From: an uncultured Chloroflexia bacterium
Lineage (GTDB): Bacteria > Chloroflexota > Dehalococcoidia > DSTF01 > JALHUB01
Direction: 5' to 3'
DNA: 64,000 nt
Assembly: GCA_963703345.1 (NCBI GenBank)
Contig: OY969814.1
Location: 544,001 to 608,000, forward strand
Shown: in pieces, positions 1 through 9,642 of the stretch
Layout of the letters: each line of letters opens with the position of its first letter
Position numbering within the stretch: the first letter of the stretch is position 1
The notes under the pieces: generated by a model
Databases searched by the model: none
Told to the model about the DNA's origin: nothing
What the model saw: only the letters and a program-made list of their open reading frames with translations
Translations under genes and position numbers: made by a program

Positions 1-1168
1 TTGTGGGCGTCAGCGTCCGTGTTGGCGTAGGCGTGGGCGTGTTCGTCGGCGTGGAAGTGGGGGTGGGCGTATCAGCCGGCAGCGACACATAGATCAGGTC
101 CACGACCGACCACGGCACCCATCCGCCGTTGTCTTCGTCGTAGCACCGGATCGCCAGCGGGGCCGTGCTAGTGACGTCGCACAGGTTGAATGGGTCAGTA
201 CCGTTAGAGGCCGCCGAATTGTTGTGGTCGGGCTTGCTTTGCCAGAGTGGCGGGAGGGCAGCATCACTATGAAGGCCGCTGGGCACAGGGTTTGGTGGTG
301 GCGCGGAGGCATTGGTGGTGTGAGTCCAGGGATCGGCGACGGTGATGGTCCCATGCCCAGCAGCACCCCCGGCAGTGTTGTAGCCTACTCCTGCGACCAC
401 GTGGGCGGTCTCGGGAGTGGGGGAAGTGGTTCTCTCCAGCCACAGCAGGACGTCCTTACCGCTGCTCAGTTGGGTCTGGTAGTCCAGGAAGGTGGGCGGG
501 CCGGCGACCTGGTCAACACCGGGCACGTGGCCGGGCGCGACCGCTCCCGGGCCGCAGGGGTTGAGAGTGTTCTGGGTGGGTGCAGCCCTGTTGACTTTCA
601 GCCCGAAGTGACCGGGCGCGCACTTGGCCGGGTCGATGATGTCGTGGACCGCCAGGCCGTTACCGTTGTTTACGTAGGTCTTGAGGCCGATGAGGTAGTC
701 CCACTCCTCTACGCCCTGGCCGTAGCAGTAGTTGGTCTCTAAGCCGTCCTTGCTGCCGTTCTGGTTGGTATCCGTGAACGTGCTCTCGGCGATCTTCCTC
801 AGTACCATGGGGTAACCTATGACCGGAGCCGGAAGGCCGTCAACTGCGTCGCGCGAATCGTACCAGCAGGCGCTTCCGGCGTTCTTGCTGTCGTCGTCGA
901 TATTCTTCCAGGTCTCATCTGGGCCCAGCAGCCCCTGCTGTCCGCTGGCATTATCCGCAAACCACCAGAAGGAGTCGGCGGCCGCTCCCACCCAGCACCA
1001 GGCGTCCGAGTGCTGGCCGAGGTCGGGCATGGAAACCTTCCAGAAGCTCACCGGCGGCGCATCCGCCCGCGCCGTGCTGCCGGCAGTATGCAGCAGGGCG
1101 AGTGTGAGGACCGGGGCTATCGCCGCCAGAGCTGCTGCACCAACTAAAACTGAGAATAGCTTCTTCAT
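1..1168 (-). CDS. Secreted papain/C39-like cysteine peptidase-domain protein with Pro/Thr linker (runs off the left edge)
   Basis: Not in the ORF track. Manual translation from the ATG at 1168 gives a signal peptide (MKKLFSVLVGAAALAA), motifs QHSDAWCW, HVVAGVGY and ADPW, then TPTPTSTPT repeats; the frame stays open to the edge. Confidence 0.7.
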   Translation of the reverse strand, partial: MKKLFSVLVGAAALAAIAPVLTLALLHTAGSTARADAPPVSFWKVSMPDLGQHSDAWCWVGAAADSFWWFADNASGQQGLLGPDETWKNIDDDSKNAGSACWYDSRDAVDGLPAPVIGYPMVLRKIAESTFTDTNQNGSKDGLETNYCYGQGVEEWDYLIGLKTYVNNGNGLAVHDIIDPAKCAPGHFGLKVNRAAPTQNTLNPCGPGAVAPGHVPGVDQVAGPPTFLDYQTQLSSGKDVLLWLERTTSPTPETAHVVAGVGYNTAGGAAGHGTITVADPWTHTTNASAPPPNPVPSGLHSDAALPPLWQSKPDHNNSAASNGTDPFNLCDVTSTAPLAIRCYDEDNGGWVPWSVVDLIYVSLPADTPTPTSTPTNTPTPTPTRTLTPT

Positions 1169-1513
1169 CTCCTTAACCTCTCGCTTTCCGCTGCCCGACG
1201 GGCCCTCCCGGCGCACGCACGTCGCTGGAGTGCGTCCGGCACGGCCCGTCGGGCCAATCGCCGCCGTTCGTTCGGCTTGGATGCGTAAGCGGCATCCCGC
1301 CCCCGACGGCGGCCAACCCCGCTGTCTATTCCTGTCGGCGCCTCCTTTCGGCTAAGGGGTCCTTCCGATTGAATTCCAACGAGCCGACCTATAGAATATG
1401 AAGTGCTAGGGTCTGCGCCCGCATTCCTTAGCCCGGGCCCCGCTGGCCACCACTATGCGGGGCCTCTTCTTGCCGCGTAGGCGATGTTCTAGTGTTCGAC
1501 CTAGCGCACAGAC

Positions 1514-1538
1514 AAAAACCGGCCGGGGAGTCGCCGGT
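1514..1538 (-). terminator. Intrinsic terminator
   Basis: Minus strand reads ACCGGC-9 nt-GCCGGT followed by a T run. Confidence 0.6.
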
Positions 1539-1836
1539 CGGCCTTCATCAAAGGCTTGCGCCCTGGGCCTCTAGCCCTTAGCAATCGCAGACACGCTGCC
1601 GACATCTTGTCCGCCGTGCCTTTTGGCCGCGGTCCGCTTCGCGCCAGCCAGCCGGAAAGGGGAGCCTGCGGTCAGTCTGTACTCTTAGAGACACGCATTA
1701 TACACCGCCTGTCAAGGGGCTACCAGCTTCCCCCTTCGACCCTGTCGGTGACTCGGCGAACCAGAACCTCGCGAAAATTGCCTCCGATGCCTGATCTTTC
1801 ATGGGAGGCCGGAAAGGGGAATCTGCTGGCCGCTCC

Positions 1837-2787
1837 CTACTTGGGGAAGACCGTGCCGGCCATGGCAGCGGCTATTCTCGGCGCCAGCCAGCGCGCCACG
1901 ATGTAGGAGGCTTCCGGCGTGAAGTGGACGCCGTCGTAGCGCATTCGCACGCCGTCGATGTACAGGTCCTCGAACTTGCCGTTTGGACAGACGAAGCTCT
2001 TCAGGTCGATCAGCGACACTCTGTCCGGGTTCTCTTCGGCGAAGCGACGGTACAGGGCGTTGAGCTCGTCGTCGCGCCAGCGGGCGTCCGCTTCCGCCGC
2101 CTTGCCGCCGTCCGACAGCATCAACCAGAGGTCGGGCCGCGGGTACGGCCACGTCAGAAGGATCAACTTCCCGTTCGGCGGCACTACCTTGTCGAGCACC
2201 GATTGCAGGTGATCGAGCACGTAAGCCTTCCATTCGAGCGTGCCGGTCTTGAGAGTAACGCCGTTCACGATGTGGTCGGGATAGTCCCAACCGCCGAACA
2301 CCATGAGGACGACATCCGGCCGATAGTTGACGGCGTCCCATGCCCAACTGGTCCGCCATTGCTGGCACTGCTGCTCGTGCTCGACGGATAGGTGTCCCGT
2401 CATGTCGATCATCATGTCCGCCGGAAGGAAGCCGCAGAAGAGGCCTCCGCGATTCAAGATGGAGAACTTCCAGTCGCGCCCCACGTCCGTCAGGCCCGGG
2501 TCCAGCGCCAGCCCCAGCGAGTCGCCGACGACCATTATGCGGAGAGGCCCCCTCGCCGGGTCGGCTGCCAGCGGCGTGGCAGTCGGCTCCGCGGCTTTCG
2601 TCGCCGAGCGTTGAACCTCCGCGGCCGCGACCTGCCGTTTCGCCGAGGTGCGGGTGCAGGAAAGCGACGTTAGCAGAAGGCAAACAGCGAACACGGCGAC
2701 AAGCAGCAGCGGGGCGGCGCTTCCCGCCCTGACCGAGCGCACTGCCGCGATATGTCGGAGCAGCGCTCTCGATATTGAAGAACGCAT
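1837..2787 (-). CDS. SGNH/GDSL hydrolase-domain exported protein
   Basis: VVGDS block I, YDGVHF block V, N-terminal hydrophobic segment. Confidence 0.8.
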   Translation of the reverse strand: MRSSISRALLRHIAAVRSVRAGSAAPLLLVAVFAVCLLLTSLSCTRTSAKRQVAAAEVQRSATKAAEPTATPLAADPARGPLRIMVVGDSLGLALDPGLTDVGRDWKFSILNRGGLFCGFLPADMMIDMTGHLSVEHEQQCQQWRTSWAWDAVNYRPDVVLMVFGGWDYPDHIVNGVTLKTGTLEWKAYVLDHLQSVLDKVVPPNGKLILLTWPYPRPDLWLMLSDGGKAAEADARWRDDELNALYRRFAEENPDRVSLIDLKSFVCPNGKFEDLYIDGVRMRYDGVHFTPEASYIVARWLAPRIAAAMAGTVFPK

Positions 2788-2929
2788 CGCGAAGCCTCCT
2801 GGAGGCGTCAACGGGAACAGTGACTGGCGAGGGCCGTTGGAACGATTATAGTTGAAGCTGCCTGCCTGTCAACTTCCGCCGACCAGTTGACGACTTTGCT
2901 AAGATGGAATTGAGGGGATGGTGTGAGGC

Positions 2930-3520
2930 ATGGCGATGTCGATGGAAGAGGAAGACGAGGCGAAAGCGGCACCGGGCGAGCTTGAGACGGCTACGTTCGC
3001 CGGCGGTTGCTTCTGGTGCACCGAGGCGATCTTCAAGCGGATTAGGGGCGTTCACTCGGTCACTTCAGGTTACGCCGGCGGCCACGTGGAGAACCCCTCG
3101 TACGGGCAGGTCTCCGGCGGCCGCACCGGCCATGCCGAAGCCGTGCAGGTCACGTTCGACCCGCAAGTCGTCTCCTACGACAGCCTGCTCGACGTCTTTT
3201 GGTCGACCCACGACCCGACGACTCTCGACAGGCAGGGCGCGGACGTCGGCCACCAGTACCGCTCGGCTATCTTCTATCACAATGAAGAGCAGCGGCGCGC
3301 CGCGGAAGCCTCGCGAGACAGATGGCAGGCGTCCGGCAAGTTCAACGACAAGATCGTCACCAGCATCGAGCCGTTCACGCGGTTCTACCCGGCCGAGGAC
3401 TATCACCAGGACTACTACGCCGCCAATCCGCACGCGTCTTACTGCTCGATAGTAATCGAACCCAAGATCCGGAAGCTGCTGCGCGACTTCCGCGATGAGG
3501 TGAAGGAGGAATGCCGGTGA
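2930..3520 (+). CDS. msrA: Peptide-methionine (S)-S-oxide reductase
   Basis: AGGCFWC, TGHAEAV and AEDYHQDYY motifs. Confidence 0.97.
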   Translation: MAMSMEEEDEAKAAPGELETATFAGGCFWCTEAIFKRIRGVHSVTSGYAGGHVENPSYGQVSGGRTGHAEAVQVTFDPQVVSYDSLLDVFWSTHDPTTLDRQGADVGHQYRSAIFYHNEEQRRAAEASRDRWQASGKFNDKIVTSIEPFTRFYPAEDYHQDYYAANPHASYCSIVIEPKIRKLLRDFRDEVKEECR

Positions 3521-3927
3521 AGGGGAGCAAAGTCAAAGCAACCGAGGAAATGAAGAAGAAGCTAACGCCTGAGCAGTACAACGTCTGCTTCTTGAAGGGG
3601 ACCGAGCCGCCGTTCTCCGGCAAATACACGCACAACAAGGAGCCGGGGACTTATCGCTGCGCCGTCTGCGGCAGCGAGCTATTCACGTCCGAGTCGAAGT
3701 TCGATTCCGGCACCGGCTGGCCGTCCTTCGACCGCGCCGAAGGCAACGAGCGCATCGAATACACCGACGACTACGCGTACGGCATGCGACGGACCGAGGT
3801 GACCTGCGCGAACTGCGGCTCGCACCTGGGCCACGTCTTCGACGACGGCCCGACGGCGACCGGTAAGCGCTACTGCATCAACTCGCTATCGCTGGAGTTC
3901 GTCTCGAAAGCGAAGTCTTCCCAATAG
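3511..3927 (+). CDS. msrB: Peptide-methionine (R)-S-oxide reductase
   Basis: KFDSGTGWPSF, two CxxC, HLGHVFDDGP, RYCINS. Confidence 0.97.
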   Translation: MPVKGSKVKATEEMKKKLTPEQYNVCFLKGTEPPFSGKYTHNKEPGTYRCAVCGSELFTSESKFDSGTGWPSFDRAEGNERIEYTDDYAYGMRRTEVTCANCGSHLGHVFDDGPTATGKRYCINSLSLEFVSKAKSSQ

Positions 3928-3930
3928 CGA

Positions 3931-6081
3931 TTAGCGCGCCTTCCGCCAGCGCCTCCGCGCGTACCAGCCGCCCGCCCCGAGAACGATCACTGCAGCCCCG
4001 GCTCCCGTCAGAGCGGCGTAAGGCGGCGACGTTGAGCCGGCCGTCTGCGGAGGCGGCGCGTTCATGTCCGGGGCCTCCGCGATGCCGCCCACGGCAGGAT
4101 CACTCGCAGACGCGGACCGATCCACAACATTGACCTTGACGTAGTCATTGTCCCAGGCGCCTTGGCAATGGTCAGGCCAGGGCGGAATGCCGCAAGCATT
4201 CACCGTGGCAAAGTTCGTGATTACACCGGGCGTGCTCAAAGTTACGTCCACCGATTTCTCGCACGTGTTGCCCGCGGAGATCAATGAGCAGTCGCCGTCC
4301 AAGTTGGGGAGAGCGTCATCAACGACGTTCGCGTACATTGGTCGGTCACCGCTGTTGGTGACAACCCAACGGAAAGTGACCGAATCTCCAACGTGTAAGG
4401 TGATAGGCCCCTGCTGGCCGTTGGCGGTCTCGTCAATGGACGCCTTCGGGGCGGATCTTACGCTTGTGGGCGTGAAGGTGGGAGTGGGTGTCGGTGTGCA
4501 CATGCCAGGAGGACACGGCGTCGCGGTTGGGGTTGGAGTCCCCGTGTCGGTAGGGGTGGGAGTGGGAGTCGGCGCCAGGAGCGTGAAACTGAGATCTCCT
4601 CTGCTCCCGGCAAAGCCTCCTACCTGAAAGTGATAAGTGGTGCCGGCGATAGCATCGAACGTGATGAGAGACGTCAACCCGGGCCCCGAATCATCGTCGC
4701 AGGCCAGGTTGGTCAAGTCCCCCAAATCGCTTCCCGTGTAGACTGCCAGGGCCGAGTCGTAGTCGCTTCCCGCGGTATCGACCTGCAGCATCACGCTTTG
4801 AGACGGCGTGTAACTGTACCACACGGTCGAGCCGATGCTGGCGCAGGGCTGGGGCTCGCTAGTCTGCGATGAGGCGCACATAGTAGATGTGTTAGCCGAA
4901 AACGGTTCTGCCCCTATCCCAGCCGCGTTGGCGAAATAGTCGTTCCCGGGCGGAATACAGGCCTGGAAGTCCAACACGTTCACCGGGCTGACGCTGTCGG
5001 TCGTCGTGCCATCACCTAGTTGGCCGTATCCGTTGAAACCCCAGCACTGGGCGCTGCCGTCGCTGAGCAGGGCGCATGTATGGTTCCAGCCGGTGGCGAT
5101 GGCAACTGCGTTGCTCAGGCCCGAGACCGGCACCGGACTGCCACCGTAGCCCGCGCCCCAGCATTTGGCCGTGCCGTCACTAAGCAACGCGCAACTGTGC
5201 TCCCAGCCGATAACGACAGCGATCACGTTGCTCAGGCCCGAGACCGCCACCGGGCTACTCTGACTAACATTTGTCCCGTCTCCTAATTGGCCGTTATTGT
5301 TGAAGCCCCAGCACTTGACGGTCGCGTCAGCGAGGAGGACACAAGTGTGGCCGAAGCTCCGACCGGGTGCGATGCCGGTGGCGTTGTTTAGACCCGAGAC
5401 TGTGACGGGGGCAGACTGGCTAATCAGTGTGCCGTCCCCAAGCTGACCGAACGAGTTGAAACCCCAGCACCTGACAGTGCCGTCATTGAGCACGGCGCAA
5501 GTATGATATTCTCCGCCGCCAATCGCTACGGCATTGCTGAGATTCGAGACGGCCACCGGGTTGGAGCGATTCATCGTGGTGCCGTCGCCTAGCTGACCGT
5601 GCGAGTTCTCGCCCCAACAGCGCATCGAGCCGTCGCCGAAGAGGGCGCAAGTGTGGTTGCCCGCCGCATTGATGGCGATGACGTTGTTCAAGCCCGAGAC
5701 CGTGACGGGTGTGTGGTGGTCCGCGGTCGTACCGTCTCCGAGCTGGCCATCTCCGTTCCAGCCCCAGCACTTGGCGGTGCCGTCGTTGAGGAGGGCGCAG
5801 GTGTGGCTGGTACCGGCGGAGATCGCGACGGCGTCGGTCAAACCCGAGACCGTGACGGGTGTGTGGTGCTCTGCGGTCGTACCGTCCCCAAGCTGGCCGT
5901 ATCCGTTCCAGCCCCAGCACTTGGCGGTACCGTCGCTGAGCAGAGCGCAGGTATGCTGCCCTCCACCAGAGACAGCGCCGAGGAGGGTTGCAGAGCCAGG
6001 CTTGGGCCGGCCCAGCCCCAGGATTGCGAGCACCGCCAGAAAGGATAGGACTATCGGAATCAAGCGTTTTATGACGCTCAC
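3931..6081 (-). CDS. RCC1/BLIP-II repeat surface protein with PPC-like domain, Pro/Thr linker and C-terminal membrane anchor
   Basis: Seven HTCALL..G..CWG repeats (most followed by GQLGDGT), signal peptide, C-terminal TM followed by WYARRRW. Confidence 0.9.
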   Translation of the reverse strand: MSVIKRLIPIVLSFLAVLAILGLGRPKPGSATLLGAVSGGGQHTCALLSDGTAKCWGWNGYGQLGDGTTAEHHTPVTVSGLTDAVAISAGTSHTCALLNDGTAKCWGWNGDGQLGDGTTADHHTPVTVSGLNNVIAINAAGNHTCALFGDGSMRCWGENSHGQLGDGTTMNRSNPVAVSNLSNAVAIGGGEYHTCAVLNDGTVRCWGFNSFGQLGDGTLISQSAPVTVSGLNNATGIAPGRSFGHTCVLLADATVKCWGFNNNGQLGDGTNVSQSSPVAVSGLSNVIAVVIGWEHSCALLSDGTAKCWGAGYGGSPVPVSGLSNAVAIATGWNHTCALLSDGSAQCWGFNGYGQLGDGTTTDSVSPVNVLDFQACIPPGNDYFANAAGIGAEPFSANTSTMCASSQTSEPQPCASIGSTVWYSYTPSQSVMLQVDTAGSDYDSALAVYTGSDLGDLTNLACDDDSGPGLTSLITFDAIAGTTYHFQVGGFAGSRGDLSFTLLAPTPTPTPTDTGTPTPTATPCPPGMCTPTPTPTFTPTSVRSAPKASIDETANGQQGPITLHVGDSVTFRWVVTNSGDRPMYANVVDDALPNLDGDCSLISAGNTCEKSVDVTLSTPGVITNFATVNACGIPPWPDHCQGAWDNDYVKVNVVDRSASASDPAVGGIAEAPDMNAPPPQTAGSTSPPYAALTGAGAAVIVLGAGGWYARRRWRKAR

Positions 6082-6241
6082 CTCCCAAGACTACTTGCGG
6101 CCCCACAACAATTTCAAGCCGGAACTAGCGGCACCTGCGGCGTGCATCAAGGAAGAGCGGCAATAACTTCCATTCGCTCAACCTCGCTGTTGGCGGGGGT
6201 GAAGCAGCGGAGCTATTCAGCAACGAGCCGTCGATGCGAGG

Positions 6242-6269
6242 ATTATAGCATCGGCAGCACGGTTGTCAA
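6242..6269 (-). promoter_or_regulatory. Sigma70-type promoter for the RCC1 gene
   Basis: TTGACA-16 nt-TATAAT with extended TGn. Confidence 0.7.
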
Positions 6270-6270
6270 C

Positions 6271-6585
6271 TCATAGGGTGGGGGACGTGACGCTTTCCGA
6301 CGCCTCCTCGGAAAGGTGGAGCAGGCCCGCCGCCAACTCTTCCATGCTGTAGGGCCCTTGTCGACGATGGCGCAGCAACGCCTCGATGTTCACCGAATAG
6401 CGGTTACGCCGGCCCTCTTTCTGGCGGGAGATCATGCCGTCCTCTTCCAGAGCCCGGAGAATGGAGAAGGCAGCTCTGTCTGTGATGCCGACGGCGAGAG
6501 AGATGTCGCGCTGGGTTGAGCGAGGGTGGTCGATGACGTGGATCAGGACAAGCGCGTGATTGGTGAGGAAATCCCAATGAGCCAT
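6271..6585 (-). CDS. Winged-helix (MarR/AsnC-like) regulator
   Basis: WDFLTNHALVL...DISLAVGITDR...EGRRNRY; GAGGA-type RBS. Confidence 0.8.
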   Translation of the reverse strand: MAHWDFLTNHALVLIHVIDHPRSTQRDISLAVGITDRAAFSILRALEEDGMISRQKEGRRNRYSVNIEALLRHRRQGPYSMEELAAGLLHLSEEASESVTSPTL

Positions 6586-6605
6586 ATTTTCTTCCTCCAA
6601 AGGAC

Positions 6606-6633
6606 TTGACAAGGCTTAAAAAGGAAGTACAAT
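6606..6633 (+). promoter_or_regulatory. Divergent sigma70-like promoter with no clear downstream gene
   Basis: TTGACA-16 nt-TACAAT; palindrome ATGAAGTTCAT at about 6655-6665. Confidence 0.45.
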
Positions 6634-7190
6634 ACTGGCAAAGAGTAACCAGGTATGAAGTTCATGGTACGCCTGTCTGGAATGTAGTAGCCGGTCTTAC
6701 TTGTCGAGAATCATTGTTCATGATGGACGCTCCAAAGTCAAGCGGTTGGAGCGACAAAAAGATAAAAATCGCGGCAAGGCCGGATTATTAAACGCCGTGG
6801 ACTGGAGAGATCTCTGGGGCCGTCCATTCAGGGAGGATTCGGAGCCCGTCGTCGCAGAGGGGGACTAGGCCACTAGTCGGGCTGGGCGACACGGGCATCA
6901 GTGACCGGGCCTGCGGAGAGCGGCGATGGGCGATCGGATACGGGGTCCGAGGGGTACCCCGCCGGGCGGCTGGCCAGGGTCGGCCTGTCCCGCCCCGTGG
7001 GCCTGGTCATTCCTGAGCACCACATTCACTAGGCTGCGCTGCCTGTAGGACCTGCTAATTGTCCAACCTCCCGCTCGCCGCTGCGTAACGCGCGGTCGCC
7101 GACTTCCCTTAACCTCTGCCTAACACTCTTGGCGAACCTACGAGTGCTATAATTTGATCAGGAAGTCACACCAGAAAGGTCAGGCAGGCA

Positions 7191-7484
7191 ATGAGATTCA
7201 GTTCGGCAAGATCGAGCGTCACGCTGGCGGCGTTGCCGCTGGTAGTTCTCGCTTTTCGCCACGGCGACCATATGGGGGACTGGGGAGGAGGTTGGTGGAT
7301 TGCCATGATATTGATGATGGTGATCTTCTGGGCCGCTGTCATCGCCCTGGCAGCCTGGGCCTTCAGCAGGATCGTCGGAACACATAAGGCCGAGAAGAGC
7401 CCTCTGGACATCGCTAAGGAACGCCTGGCCAGGGGCGAGATATCGGCCGAGGAGTTCGAGCGAATCAAACAGCAACTGGCCTAG
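7191..7484 (+). CDS. SHOCT-domain membrane protein
   Basis: TM helix followed by PLDIAKERLARGEISAEEFE. Confidence 0.85.
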   Translation: MRFSSARSSVTLAALPLVVLAFRHGDHMGDWGGGWWIAMILMMVIFWAAVIALAAWAFSRIVGTHKAEKSPLDIAKERLARGEISAEEFERIKQQLA

Positions 7485-7801
7485 GCGTCGCGCGCGATAG
7501 ACACGAAATCACAAATGAGGCAGGGCCGACAGGTTGCTCTTGCCGGGTCTCTTCTATGTTCAGGATGAGATATGGGCCACTGCGACCTTTAACCGTCGGC
7601 TCTCGAGTTGACGCCGTGAAAGGAAGAGGGTCTTCGGTCGGCCCTCAGGGCGCAGCTACCGCCAGTGTCTCGTAGGCTCCGGTTCCAGAGTCCCGGTCGA
7701 ATGGGCCCGCGGAGTCCCCGTCGAATGCAAATGCAGTGGGGTATCGAGCGGGAACGCCATTGCGCGTAGCTGGCATGTGTGGGTTTCGAGAATTGCCGCG
7801 C

Positions 7802-8632
7802 TCATGTCGGCGCGAGTTGCCCGAAACGCCACACATCGAGGCAGTACGCCACAGGCCGCACTATCTCCTCGTCCATGTTGCTGTAGTGGCGGCTGTACCA
7901 GGATTCGAGTTCGGAGAGGCACTCCGCGAACAGGTCCTCGGGTATCTCCCAGGTCCACGAATCAACCCGGTTGCGAATTCTCTCTAGGTTCTGCGCCGGC
8001 GTCCGGCGGATCTCTCCTTCGGCGAACGGCACCACTCGGCATGAGCCTCCCAGAGTCTGCAGGGTGCCACGGATCTCATCCGTGCTGGGCCTCGTGTGAG
8101 CGACGAAGTTTCGGGCCGCCATCATCTCCCTCAACTTGGACATGGCCGCACGCCACTCTTCCAGCATCGCTTCCCCTACTCTTGCGGCCTCCGTACCGTC
8201 GCATACCAGAATGCCTCCCGGTGCTAGCACGCGGCGCAACTCCTCCAGCGCTGTCTGCCAGGGGGAAACGAGGTGCAATACATGAAAGACCAGCACCGCG
8301 GGGAAGGATTCTGAGGCAAGCGGCAGCCGGGTCGCATCGCCCAGAATCAAGTCTGGCTGCATTTGGCTTGGCTCGACCTGCTCTCGCAGTCGGGCAAGCA
8401 TACGAGGAGAGATATCGATAGCTAGAACCCTGATGCCGCGCTCGGCGAGCGGGCGGGCAATGCGCCCAGTGCCGACGCCCACCTCAAGGATGCGGTCAGC
8501 ACCCGCGGCGGCTATCTCTGAGAGAAGGGCGCCCGTGAGTTCTCGGGCGATTCCTTCCGGCAGCGCCCGCGTCTGGTCATAGGTCTCGGCGGCGCGGTCG
8601 AAACTAATGCTCTCCAAGGTCTGATTCATCAT
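7802..8632 (-). CDS. Class I SAM-dependent methyltransferase
   Basis: SFDRAAETYD, LEVGVGTGRIA, RVLAPGG. Confidence 0.9.
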   Translation of the reverse strand: MMNQTLESISFDRAAETYDQTRALPEGIARELTGALLSEIAAAGADRILEVGVGTGRIARPLAERGIRVLAIDISPRMLARLREQVEPSQMQPDLILGDATRLPLASESFPAVLVFHVLHLVSPWQTALEELRRVLAPGGILVCDGTEAARVGEAMLEEWRAAMSKLREMMAARNFVAHTRPSTDEIRGTLQTLGGSCRVVPFAEGEIRRTPAQNLERIRNRVDSWTWEIPEDLFAECLSELESWYSRHYSNMDEEIVRPVAYCLDVWRFGQLAPT

Positions 8633-8751
8633 GGCACAGCTCGACCTCTGTGAATAGGACGATCGAATCGGCTCGCCATCGGCCCTCCTTTGACACCTTC
8701 AGCGCCCCCTGATATCCTCTGCGCAACCTTCAAGAATGCAAAGGCCTGCGT

Positions 8752-9381
8752 ATGCCCCCCGAGGAGCTGAAGGTCGTCAGGCTGGGGCCTCTGGGCCCGT
8801 TCGATAACAACGCCTACCTGATCGTTGACCCCTCAGGCCGAGAAAGCGTGATCGTTGACGCGCCTCCTGAGGGTGAAAAGACCTTGGAGGCGGCCCAGGG
8901 CACCTGCGTCTCCCGCATCATCGTCACGCACCGCCACGGTGACCACTGGGCCAGCATTGATGCGCTCAGGTCGGCTACGGGTGCCCCTGTCTATTGCCAT
9001 GAGACCGACCGTGAGTCTCACGCCGACAAGGTGGACGGCACGTTAGAAGACGGCGAGGAGATCGCGCTGGGCAGGGGCCGCCTGCGCGCCATCCATACGC
9101 CCGGACATACGCCGGGCAGCATCTGCCTGCTTGTCGGCGGTGTTCTTATCGCCGGCGACACCCTCTTCCCCGGCGGGCCCGGCCACAGCGACCGGCCGGA
9201 GGACCTTCAGCAGGAGATCCGCTCCATTGTCGAGCGCCTGTTCATCCTTCCCGACGAAACGGAAGTCTATCCCGGCCACGGCGACGGGACGACCATTGGC
9301 CGGGCGAAACAGGAGTACGTCGTCTTTGCCTCGCGGGAGCATCCGGGGGACCTCTGCGGCGATGTCCTGTGGGAGGCGTGA
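8752..9381 (+). CDS. MBL-fold metallo-hydrolase
   Basis: THRHGDH, HTPGHT, GDTLF, YPGHG. Confidence 0.92.
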   Translation: MPPEELKVVRLGPLGPFDNNAYLIVDPSGRESVIVDAPPEGEKTLEAAQGTCVSRIIVTHRHGDHWASIDALRSATGAPVYCHETDRESHADKVDGTLEDGEEIALGRGRLRAIHTPGHTPGSICLLVGGVLIAGDTLFPGGPGHSDRPEDLQQEIRSIVERLFILPDETEVYPGHGDGTTIGRAKQEYVVFASREHPGDLCGDVLWEA

Positions 9382-9540
9382 CCGAAAGTGATGTCGAACG
9401 GCTCCCGCTCGGATCTCTGAGCCTACTCTTTAGAGTTACTGCTCTGGACGCGATAACAGGCGTAGGCTCCCTAGGGTAACCCTATGCGTGATAGGCAGAT
9501 GCTCCCACAGCCTGCAGCCCCCGAGAGCACCACACCATGA

Positions 9541-9568
9541 TGCATTAGTGTGGGCGGAAGTCAAGGCG
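9541..9568. repeat. 28-bp dispersed repeat, copy 1 (copy 2 at 10813-10840)
   Basis: TGCATTAGTGTG(G/C)GCGGAAGTCAAGGCG, 27/28 identical. Confidence 0.85.
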
Positions 9569-9642
9569 GCATTGCGTCGGCAGCGTCGCGATGCAACAAT
9601 TCTCCCGGCAGGGTGACGTACCGCTCGACGAAAGGACTTTGC

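Noticed and set aside
7688-7727. 16-bp direct repeat GAGTCCCsGTCGAATG, two copies
   Set aside because: Only two copies and no context to assign a function.
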